This document shows positions 1 to 8,449 of a stretch of 64,000 nucleotides of DNA, one piece after another; within the stretch, counting starts at the first letter, position 1, and the number at the start of each line of letters is the position of its first letter. Below the pieces are notes generated by a model. The model worked only from the letters and a program-made list of their open reading frames with translations. It searched no databases and was not told the origin of the DNA. Where the stretch lies: the NCBI GenBank assembly GCA_963713045.1, contig CAVQKE010000007.1:352001-416000 (forward strand). Direction: 5' to 3'. The stretch is from an uncultured delta proteobacterium. GTDB taxonomy: Bacteria; Myxococcota; Myxococcia; Myxococcales; Myxococcaceae. The translations under genes were made by a program, and so were the position numbers.

Positions 1-43
1 GCCTGGCTGAGGCGCTTGCCAGTCCCGCCGCACGGCGCGCCAG

Positions 44-1504
44 CTAGGCCGGTGCGGCCGTGGCCTCGACCCAAGGCGCGTCGGCGCGGCGCTCTCCCGC
101 GGCCAACAGCGCGCGCAGCACCGCTTCGGCGCCGGCCGGCACGGCGGCGACGCCTTGTGGAGCGGCGGCCAACAGCGGAGGGACGTCCGGCAGCACACAC
201 ACCACTCGCAGGTGCCCCTGGTAGGCCAGCGCCGAGGCCAGGGCCAGGGTCTCCTCCGCATCGTCCAACACCAGCGCCCCCAGGGCGGAGGCGGTGAAGG
301 GGCGCCAGAGGGGGCGGGCCGCGTCGGCCCCGGGCAGGACACAGAAGTCCAACCGCAGGCTTTCCCCAAGTTCCAGGCGGGCTACCGTCCCGAAGCCGCT
401 TCCCCAGGCCGCCGCCTCCTCCGGCCCCGCCAATAAGTTCGGCAGCTGGGCGAGGAAGCGGCGGGTGCGCTCGGCGCCGTGGCTGCACAGCACCACCGTG
501 GCCACCCGGGGGCGGGCCCCCGGGCGGCCGCGGAACAGCCGCGCGCGCAGCGCGTGCACCTCCGCCGCTGCCAACAGCGGCCCCGCGTCTTCCGGTAGCT
601 GCGCCTCGCTGGCACGCACCAGGCCCCGCTGAAGAAGGCCCACCACCGCCTCCAGCACCGCGGCGTCCGGGCCAGGGTGCAAGTCCAACACCTCGGCCAG
701 CGTGCGCGGCTCGCGCAGCTGAAGCAGCAGCCAGGCCCCCAGCCCGTCCGATGGGAGGCGGTGGCCCGGCACCGCGACCAGGCGCGCCTTCCACGGGGGC
801 AACAGCGGGACTAAGCGACGCACCTCGTCCGCCTCGCGCATGCCCTCCAGCAAGGCGTCGTCCATGCCACGCGTAATGCGCGCCACGCTGGGCGGGGCCC
901 CAGGGAGGAAGGCGAAGTTTCCTTCCGTCCAGGAAAGAAGCCGGAAGAGGGCCTTCTCGGCCTGCACGGTGCCCAGGGACGCGTCCACTGGACGGCCCTC
1001 GGCCACCACCACGGCGCCTTGTTCGCCAGCACGGCTCAGCTCCAGACGTCCGCTGCGCTTGTTCAGCTTGAGCATTTGAAGCAAGTCCGGCAGCGGCAGC
1101 TGGACGAGGGAGCCTTCCAACTCCTGAGCTTCGGTCAGTTGCGCGCCGGGCGCCCGGGAGAGGAGCTCCTCAATCCGGGCCAGGACGTCCCCCAGCTGGA
1201 AGGGCTTCTGCAGGACGCCCTGCACAGCGTCCCCTGAGGCTCTGGCGGCACCGGTGCGCACCACAGGAATGCCCTCGGTGCGGGGATTGCTGCCGAGAAT
1301 TTGGGTGAAGACGCCGGCTTCAATGAGGGGACAGGCTTCGTCGAAGAGGACCACGTCCGGGTGCCGCAGCACGGCCAGCTCCAGCGCCCGGCTGCCGTCG
1401 GAGGCGTAATGCACCTGGTAGCCGCGCTGACGCAGGGCCTTGGTGAGGCTGCGCGCCACCTCCAGGTCCGGGTCGGCGATGAGGACTTTGCGAACGGCCG
1501 TCAT
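44..1504 (-). CDS. Response regulator: receiver + DUF4388 (PatA-N-like) + degenerate small-GTPase-like C-terminal domain
   Basis: N-terminal receiver (VLIADPD...VVLFDEA...LQKPF); central LEGSLVQLPLPDLLQML...SGRLEL...LFRLLSWTEGNFAF typical of DUF4388; C-terminal LDFCVLPG...LWRPF...ALGALVLD resembles an MglA/CvnD-like GTPase core. Confidence 0.8.
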   Translation of the reverse strand: MTAVRKVLIADPDLEVARSLTKALRQRGYQVHYASDGSRALELAVLRHPDVVLFDEACPLIEAGVFTQILGSNPRTEGIPVVRTGAARASGDAVQGVLQKPFQLGDVLARIEELLSRAPGAQLTEAQELEGSLVQLPLPDLLQMLKLNKRSGRLELSRAGEQGAVVVAEGRPVDASLGTVQAEKALFRLLSWTEGNFAFLPGAPPSVARITRGMDDALLEGMREADEVRRLVPLLPPWKARLVAVPGHRLPSDGLGAWLLLQLREPRTLAEVLDLHPGPDAAVLEAVVGLLQRGLVRASEAQLPEDAGPLLAAAEVHALRARLFRGRPGARPRVATVVLCSHGAERTRRFLAQLPNLLAGPEEAAAWGSGFGTVARLELGESLRLDFCVLPGADAARPLWRPFTASALGALVLDDAEETLALASALAYQGHLRVVCVLPDVPPLLAAAPQGVAAVPAGAEAVLRALLAAGERRADAPWVEATAAPA

Positions 1505-1535
1505 GCGTCAGTCGGCGCCAGTGGCGCGGGAGGGG

Positions 1536-2993
1536 CTAGTAGGGTTGTAAGTCATAGGTGGTTTGCAGCTTGGCGACGAGGCCATCCACCACGGCGACGT
1601 CCGAGGTGTGAAAGCCCCAGGTGGCCCCATGCCCGCGCCGCTGGAGCAGCGCGTAGGCACTCTGCTCGCCCAGCCAGAGGAGAAATTCATAGCGGCCGAG
1701 CCGCTCGTCGCCGGCCACAAAGACCGGGGTGAGGCCGGGGTGGGCTTGGAAGTCCCCGCGCCGCCCCAAGAGGTAGACCCGGGCGGAGAGGCCCGGCGGG
1801 GCGCGCTCCAGCCCCCGGGCAATGGCCAAGTCCGAGCGCACCTCACCCGCGCCGACGTAGACCAGGCCCCGCGTCGCCGGGTCGCGTTGCAGCTCTCGAG
1901 CCACCTCGGCCTGCACCGCTTGGAAGAGGCCGTCGGAGACTTTGCCCCGACGCGATGGCTCAGACTCCCCGTCCGCCGGCAGACGCGGCGACTGCGTACT
2001 CCCGAGGAGAAGCTCCACCGTCTCCCAGAAGTCCAGGCCCTCCAGCATCAGCCGCCGCTGGAGGGACACCCGGCGCTCGTCCATCCGCCGCCGGCAGCGC
2101 TGCACCAAGTCGTCGAAGTCCTCGCCGTCCCTGGGGAACGTGCTGGCCCCGGCAACCAGCGACAGCGGGACCTGGGCCTCAATCGACTGGACCTCCGGCG
2201 AATCGCGCACCGTCTGTAACGCCCGGCGGCTGAAGACGACGGCGCCGAAGGCGTCCGTCTCCGGCAGCAGAAGGTAAAACTCTGAGTCTGATATTCGCGC
2301 CAGCACGTCAGAGTCTCGCAGCACCGAGGCGAAGAGGCGGATGACGGCGCGGGTGGCGGCGCGGGCCTCCTCGGGCCCGAGGCGGCTGCGGAGCGAGCCG
2401 AGGTTGTCCAAGGAGAAGAGGAGGAGGGAGAAGCTGCGCCCATAGCGGCGGGCACGGTCCATCTCCTTGGTGGCGTAGTCGGTAAAATACGCCAGGTGGT
2501 AGGCGGATGTGTCCGGGTCCCGGAGGCCGAGCCGCTGCAGCGCGAGAAAGCGCCGGGCATTCTGAAAGGCCAAAGACGCCGTGGTCGCCAGAAGTTCCAC
2601 CGCGGCGCGCGCCTCGCCAGCGAAGGCGCCGCTCAGCGGGTCCGCCAGGCGGCACAGGCCGAGCACCTCGCCGTGGACGCTGAAGGGGACGTACAGCACC
2701 GTGCCCTCGGCCTTGCGCGCCTCCCAGGGAACGCCGACGCGCACCCGCGCCTCCGTGAGGACGTCCGGGGCAGGCGGACGGCCCGCGGCGCCCCGCCACA
2801 CCCGTAGCTGAAGCGGCCCGCGAGTGAGGCACGTCCACAGAGCGCCGGAGCGCGCGTCGGAGGCGGCCAACAACTCTGCCAGCACGCGCTCCTGGAGCCA
2901 CTCCAACTCCGGCTGGGCGAAGAGAGAGCGCGCCCGCTCGTGCAGGTGCACTTGGGTAGAAAGCGCCAGCTCCTCGGAGGCTTCCGCGCTCAC
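1536..2993 (-). CDS. GAF + degenerate GGDEF + DICT-like domain protein
   Basis: GAF-like N-terminus; RDPDTSAYH...RARRYGRSFSLLLFSLDNL...RDSDVLARISDSEFYLLLPET is a GGDEF fold with SDSEF in the A-site; start overlaps dapF stop. Confidence 0.8.
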   Translation of the reverse strand: MSAEASEELALSTQVHLHERARSLFAQPELEWLQERVLAELLAASDARSGALWTCLTRGPLQLRVWRGAAGRPPAPDVLTEARVRVGVPWEARKAEGTVLYVPFSVHGEVLGLCRLADPLSGAFAGEARAAVELLATTASLAFQNARRFLALQRLGLRDPDTSAYHLAYFTDYATKEMDRARRYGRSFSLLLFSLDNLGSLRSRLGPEEARAATRAVIRLFASVLRDSDVLARISDSEFYLLLPETDAFGAVVFSRRALQTVRDSPEVQSIEAQVPLSLVAGASTFPRDGEDFDDLVQRCRRRMDERRVSLQRRLMLEGLDFWETVELLLGSTQSPRLPADGESEPSRRGKVSDGLFQAVQAEVARELQRDPATRGLVYVGAGEVRSDLAIARGLERAPPGLSARVYLLGRRGDFQAHPGLTPVFVAGDERLGRYEFLLWLGEQSAYALLQRRGHGATWGFHTSDVAVVDGLVAKLQTTYDLQPY

Positions 2994-3847
2994 CGGAGAG
3001 TGGTCTCCTCAAGGGGCAACTCTGGCACCTCTGCTGAGAAGACGAAGGTGGCCGGGCCCCGCAGCACCACCGAGGAGAGGTCCGCCGCAAGCCGCAGGAA
3101 AAGCGTTCCCCCCGGCAGCGCCACCGGCGTCGTGCTTTCCTTGGCCACCCAGCCGGCCAGAGTCGCGGCCACCAGCGCGGCACATGCGCCGGTCCCACAC
3201 GCCTGGGTGAGGCCCACCCCGCGCTCCCACACCACCACGCGAAGGCCCCCTTCCTCCTGAGCGACAAACTCCACGTTGGTCCGCTCGGGAAAGCCTCTGG
3301 ACATTTCCAGCGGCGGGCCCCAGACGGAGGCCTGGCCGATGGGGGCGTCCAAAAGGACGAGGTGGGGATTGCCCATGCTGACGGCCGTCCCGTGAAAGGG
3401 CGTCCCGGGCACCGGTGCCCCCACCCACGGTTTCCCAGTGCCGGAAGACGGAAGGTGTGGGGCGACCAGACGCGCCGGGCCCATGTCCACCTCCACCTCC
3501 TCGACGCCTGCGCCTCGCCAGAGGCCGCGCGCGGTGAGGACGCCGGCGTCCGTCTCCACGCGCAACTCCTCGCGACGACCGGCGGCACCCTCCAGCACGT
3601 GCTTGACGACGCACCGCAACCCGTTGCCACACATTTCCGGCACCGAGCCGTCGGCGTTGTGAATGCTGAGACGCACGTCGCCGCGCGAGGACGGTAAGAG
3701 GACCAACGCCCCGTCTGCCCCCACTCCCCGTCGCCTATTGCACAGCGCCTGCGTGGCCGCGGGCCCAATGTCCTCGCCGCCCGCGCGCCGGTCGAGAAGG
3801 ACGAAGTCATTGCCTAGCCCGTGGTACTTGTGCAGGCGTTCAGTCAT
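2990..3847 (-). CDS. dapF: Diaminopimelate epimerase
   Basis: KYHGLGNDF, NADGS..EMCGNG, SMGNPH, ERGVGLTQACGTGAC motifs. Confidence 0.97.
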   Translation of the reverse strand: MTERLHKYHGLGNDFVLLDRRAGGEDIGPAATQALCNRRRGVGADGALVLLPSSRGDVRLSIHNADGSVPEMCGNGLRCVVKHVLEGAAGRREELRVETDAGVLTARGLWRGAGVEEVEVDMGPARLVAPHLPSSGTGKPWVGAPVPGTPFHGTAVSMGNPHLVLLDAPIGQASVWGPPLEMSRGFPERTNVEFVAQEEGGLRVVVWERGVGLTQACGTGACAALVAATLAGWVAKESTTPVALPGGTLFLRLAADLSSVVLRGPATFVFSAEVPELPLEETTLR

Positions 3848-5118
3848 CGCTGGAAGTCCCGGACGTCGTCGCTCACCGTCCCATGCTGAACGACGGCGAG
3901 CAGGCTACTGGACAGCCTTGGGACAGCAAAGCACCGCCCCCCGACGCCGGCGGGTTGGAGACGACAGCGGAACCTCAGGAGCGAACGGTTGCGTCGGCAA
4001 GTGGGGCAGGCCTGCGAATCGCGCTGCTGAAAAGCGACTAGCGCCACCGAGTGCTGAAGTGGTGCGCCGTTCTATCCTGCCGTGGACGGCGCGCGACTCT
4101 CTTAGAGAGTGCGGCAATGGGCCCGGTCCCGGTGCTTCAAAGAGGCTTGTGGCTTCATCCAGCAGCATCCCAGCCATCGCGACAGCCGTCGACGCCAGCT
4201 GCGAAAGTGGCAGGCCCCCGTGTCTTGGCGCTCGCCGCGCCTGCGGAGTTAACGGAAGCGGAAGCGCGCCTCGGACGCTGAGCGACGCAGGGGCCGTTGG
4301 AACGGCGATGAGCGTGTCGCCGACAACGCTGAAGCCCAATGGCGCCGCCCTAATCGAGCCCGCTTGTGCCAGTGCATCCCAGTACCCTCAGCGTGAATGC
4401 CTCGACCTGTGTCGGGAACGCCGACGGCGAGGCTTCGGCGACGACGCGTTCGCCCGTGGCCATCAACTCCGGGGGCACGTCGCGCTTGCCCGCCGCGAGC
4501 GCCATGGGCTTCACGGAGGCCGAGGGCGTAGCCGGCTACAGCGCGCTGCGCCGCGTGCCAGGAACCTCCAGACGAACCCCGGCTGACCTGCACAACGGCG
4601 GCATGAAGCTCCCGGCCTGCGTCCTGTGAGAGGAAATGCCCTCCCGGAGCGTCTATCTGACAACGAGGACGAGTGTCTGTCCTCATGCCCAGTGGGGGGC
4701 TTTGTGCAGCGCGGCGCCGACGTCAGATTCTTTCCTCCCGCAGCCTGTCTCCCGCATCAGCCGATGTCAGGTGGAAGAGTTGCCACCAGTTCCGGCACCA
4801 GCTCCCACCATGGAGCGAGCGCACCAGTGGGGTTGGCTTGGGTGGTCGCTCCCAGGGCACCGGGCCGACTGAACCGTCCGGACGAAAAGCCGCCCCCAAC
4901 CATCGTGCGGGCAAGACTCCTTTTCCTCGGGTCAATTGTCATGGGTTCGGGAATGAAGCGAGTGGCGCCGAGCCAGGACGTCTTCGTTCGCCTAACCGCT
5001 CAGCACCCTCGGCTGGGTTGTCCTCCCGGGAACGGTGGAGGGACTGCTTGGCCGTGAGCAGCTTCTCAACGGCTGTACTGAGGACACGCTTCGGAGCGAC
5101 GAGGCCTGGGGGGACTCC

Positions 5119-8100
5119 ATGAGAGGGGTTTTCGTTCGACACAGTGTCTTAGCGTTCACCGCTGTTGTCCTGACGGCCTGTAATGGCGGCACCAAGATTA
5201 CAAGCATTACACCGAATTCAGGGCCGGCATCGGGTGGGAGAGTTGTCACCATCAAAGGCGTCGACTTGGCCCAGGTGACAACGGTCGACTTCGCAACACC
5301 GCCGGGGCCTGGATTGCCCGAAGGACCTGGGTTTTTTTTCCACGCGTTTGCGACGGCTCTCCAGGACGTGGATTCGACAACTGTCATTTGCACGACCCCA
5401 GCGGACCCGAACCCAGCCGTCCCGCAAGATGGGGATGTCGCCACGGTTACGGTCAACGCTCCCGGCGCGCAGGCAGAGCTTAGCAACGGGTTTACCTATT
5501 ACCTTCTGCCTGCCCCAACCGTCAGTGGCGTGACTCCGTCAGCCGGGCCGACAACGGGTGGGACTGCAGTCACCGTCACCGGCGCCAACTTTGACGCTGG
5601 AACAACTGTCCAATTCGGCTCCGCTCCGGCCTCCTCAGTCACCGTCAACGGTTCCACAAGCCTAGTTGCCACAACGCCCCCAGAAAACGCGGGAGTTGTC
5701 GACGTGACGGTCACCAACCCGGACACACAGTCCGGAGTGCTTTCTGGAGGCTTCACCTACCTCAGCATTTTCCCCGCCCCCGTCCTCACCAGTGTGATGC
5801 CGACGTCCGGGAAAACGGACGGCGGGGACTCTGTCACCCTGAGCGGCTTGAACATCCAAACAGGCGCAACCGTTCAATTCGGCTCCGCTCAGGCTTCGAA
5901 TGTCACCGTCAACAGTGGTCACAACGGTCTCTTTGCCACGACTCCCGCAGAAAGCGAGGCGGGATTTGTCGACGTCACACTCACCAACCCCGACGGGCAG
6001 TCCGCGGTGCTTCCTCGCGGCTTCACCTATTTCTTTTACTTGTCGCCGGTGCCCACCATCGTCGGCGTGTCTCCGTCGACGGGGCCAGCGACGGGCGGGA
6101 CAAGTGTCACCATCGCCGGAACCAACTTCCAATTGCCCAACTACCCCGGAGTACCAAGTGTTCAATTCGGCTCTGCTTTTGCCTCGGCTGTGACCGTCAA
6201 TAGTCCGGTCAGCCTCTCCGCGACGACGCCCGCGGGCATGGTGGGTGCAGTCGATGTGACAGTCACCGCCCCCGACGGGCAGTCCGCCGTGCTTCAGAGC
6301 GGCTTCACCTATTACGTCGGGGCGCCGCCCACCATCAGCAGCGTGTCTCCCTCAAGCGGGCCAGTGTGGGGTGGGACTGCTGTCGCCATTTCCGGCACCA
6401 ACTTCGCTTCCGGAGCAACCGTTCAATTCGGCGACCGTCCTGCCTCGGCTGTCACCGTCAACAGTTCGACAAGCCTCACCGCGACAACGCCCTTTTACGA
6501 GGGATTCGAGGGAGCGGTTAACGTCCAAGTCACCAACTCCGACGGACAGTCTGCAAGCCTTCCGAACGGTTTCACCTACCTCGGTCCGGCCCCCATCGTC
6601 AGCAGCGTGACGCCGAGGACCGGGCCGACTTCGGGTGGGACGGCCGTCACCATTTACGGTGACAACTTCCAGCAGGGAGCAGCCGTCACGTTCGGCCAGG
6701 CCGGAGACCCAAATGCCACCGTCAACAGCCCGACAACCATCTCCGCCACGACTCCCGCAGAAGCGTCGGGGGTAGTCGATGTGACAGTCACGAACCTCGA
6801 CTTTAAGTCCGGAGTGCTTCACGATGGTTTCACCTACACCAATTCACCCCCTCCAACCCTGAGCAGCGTGATGCCGGTGTCCGGGCCGCTTCCGGGCGGG
6901 ACTCCAGTCACCCTGAGCGGTAGCAACTTCCAACAGGGAGCAACCGTCCAATTCGGCTCTGCTTTTGCCAGGGTTGCCACCGTCACTCCGACAAGCATCT
7001 CCGCCACGACTCCCGCAGGAGCAGGAGCTGTGGACGTGACCGTCACCAATCCGGACACACAGTCCGTAGTGCTTCATGACGGCTTCACTTACACAGATGC
7101 CCCCACCCTTACCAGTGTGATGCCGACGTCCGGGCCTGTCGCGGGTATGACTGTCGTCACCCTCAGCGGGACGAATTTCCAAATGGGAGCGACCGCACAC
7201 TTCCACGGTGTTCCGGCCACGGCTGTCACCGTCAACAACACGCTAAGCATCACTGCCACCACGCCCGCGGGAACGGCTGGGGCTGCCGATGTCACAGTGA
7301 TCAACCCAGACGGGCAATTCGCAACGCTTTCTGGCGGCTTCAGCTACTTCCTGGTGACCGGCATCGCCTCGGGCTCGGCCCACACGTGCGCCCTTGTCAA
7401 TGGCGGCGCGCAGTGCTGGGGATCGAACGTTGGTGGCCAGCTCGGGAACGACTCCACGGCTGTGGACAGCTATGTGCCTGTGCCGGTCTCCAATCTGACT
7501 GGTGGCGTCACGGCAATCGTCGGCGGCCTCGGACACACGTGCGCGCTCGTCAACGGCGGCGTGCAATGCTGGGGGAGCAACAGCTATGGCCAGCTGGGGA
7601 ACAACACCACCAACAACAGCAACGTGCCGGTGCCGGTGCCGGCACTGACCAGCGGCGTGCAGGCCATCGCCGCGGCCGGCAACCATACCTGCGCGGTCGA
7701 CGCGAATGGCGCCGCCTGGTGCTGGGGGGACAACCAAGCCGGCGACCTCGGAAACAACTCCACCACCGAGAGCCTTGTGCCGGTGTCGGTGCACGGCCTC
7801 ACCAGCGGCGTCAAGGCCATCGCCGCCGGCGCAGACCATAGCTGCGCAATCGACATGAACGGCGCCGCCTGGTGCTGGGGGGACAACCAATATGGCGAGC
7901 TCGGCAACAACTCCACCAACTACAGCGCGGTGCCGGTTCCGGTGCAGGGCCTGACCAGCGGCGTGCAGGTCATCGCCGCGGGCGGCGGGGCCGCCGAGCA
8001 CACCTGCGCCATCCCCGCGAACAACACCGTCATGTGCTGGGGCAACAACCAATATGGCCAGCTGGGGAACAACTCGACGACCAACAGTGACGTGCCGGTG

Positions 8101-8415
8101 GCGGTGATGGGACTGCCCGGCCCCGCACAGGCCGTCGCCGAAGGCTTCTCCAACACCTGTGCGCTTGTCAGCAGCGGCGTCTGGTGCTGGGGGGACAACA
8201 CCTATGGCGAACTCGGGAACGGCACCACCACCAACAGCAAAGTGCCGGTGCAAGTCACCCCACTGGGCACCGCCCTGAACATCGCCGTTGGCTCTGAGCA
8301 CAGCTGCGCGGTCGTGAATGAAACCGCCTGGTGCTGGGGGGACAACTCCTTCGGCGACCTCGGGAACAACTCCCAGAGCGAGAGCAACGTGCCGGTCGAA
8401 GTCTACAGCCTTTAG
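5119..8415 (+). CDS. Surface lipoprotein with 8 IPT/TIG domains and a 7-repeat RCC1-like beta-propeller
   Basis: ATG 5119 gives signal peptide and lipobox (VVLTA-C); eight P.(I/V/L)..V.P..GP..GG...VTV.NPD.Q....GFTY units; seven H(T/S)CA...CWG.N..G.LG repeats. Confidence 0.9.
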   Translation: MRGVFVRHSVLAFTAVVLTACNGGTKITSITPNSGPASGGRVVTIKGVDLAQVTTVDFATPPGPGLPEGPGFFFHAFATALQDVDSTTVICTTPADPNPAVPQDGDVATVTVNAPGAQAELSNGFTYYLLPAPTVSGVTPSAGPTTGGTAVTVTGANFDAGTTVQFGSAPASSVTVNGSTSLVATTPPENAGVVDVTVTNPDTQSGVLSGGFTYLSIFPAPVLTSVMPTSGKTDGGDSVTLSGLNIQTGATVQFGSAQASNVTVNSGHNGLFATTPAESEAGFVDVTLTNPDGQSAVLPRGFTYFFYLSPVPTIVGVSPSTGPATGGTSVTIAGTNFQLPNYPGVPSVQFGSAFASAVTVNSPVSLSATTPAGMVGAVDVTVTAPDGQSAVLQSGFTYYVGAPPTISSVSPSSGPVWGGTAVAISGTNFASGATVQFGDRPASAVTVNSSTSLTATTPFYEGFEGAVNVQVTNSDGQSASLPNGFTYLGPAPIVSSVTPRTGPTSGGTAVTIYGDNFQQGAAVTFGQAGDPNATVNSPTTISATTPAEASGVVDVTVTNLDFKSGVLHDGFTYTNSPPPTLSSVMPVSGPLPGGTPVTLSGSNFQQGATVQFGSAFARVATVTPTSISATTPAGAGAVDVTVTNPDTQSVVLHDGFTYTDAPTLTSVMPTSGPVAGMTVVTLSGTNFQMGATAHFHGVPATAVTVNNTLSITATTPAGTAGAADVTVINPDGQFATLSGGFSYFLVTGIASGSAHTCALVNGGAQCWGSNVGGQLGNDSTAVDSYVPVPVSNLTGGVTAIVGGLGHTCALVNGGVQCWGSNSYGQLGNNTTNNSNVPVPVPALTSGVQAIAAAGNHTCAVDANGAAWCWGDNQAGDLGNNSTTESLVPVSVHGLTSGVKAIAAGADHSCAIDMNGAAWCWGDNQYGELGNNSTNYSAVPVPVQGLTSGVQVIAAGGGAAEHTCAIPANNTVMCWGNNQYGQLGNNSTTNSDVPVAVMGLPGPAQAVAEGFSNTCALVSSGVWCWGDNTYGELGNGTTTNSKVPVQVTPLGTALNIAVGSEHSCAVVNETAWCWGDNSFGDLGNNSQSESNVPVEVYSL

Positions 8416-8449
8416 GGCGACGGCGAGGCGGTGGGCGCGAGCGCTTTGT

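Noticed and set aside
5332..5339. T8 tract near the 5' end of the surface lipoprotein as a phase-variation switch
   Set aside because: Short, in frame, encodes FFF; a similar tract occurs in the MAPEG gene, so no specific evidence
7345..8415. AAC-rich repeats suggesting a diversity-generating retroelement target
   Set aside because: No reverse transcriptase and no non-coding template repeat in the window; AAC runs are explained by Asn-rich RCC1 loops
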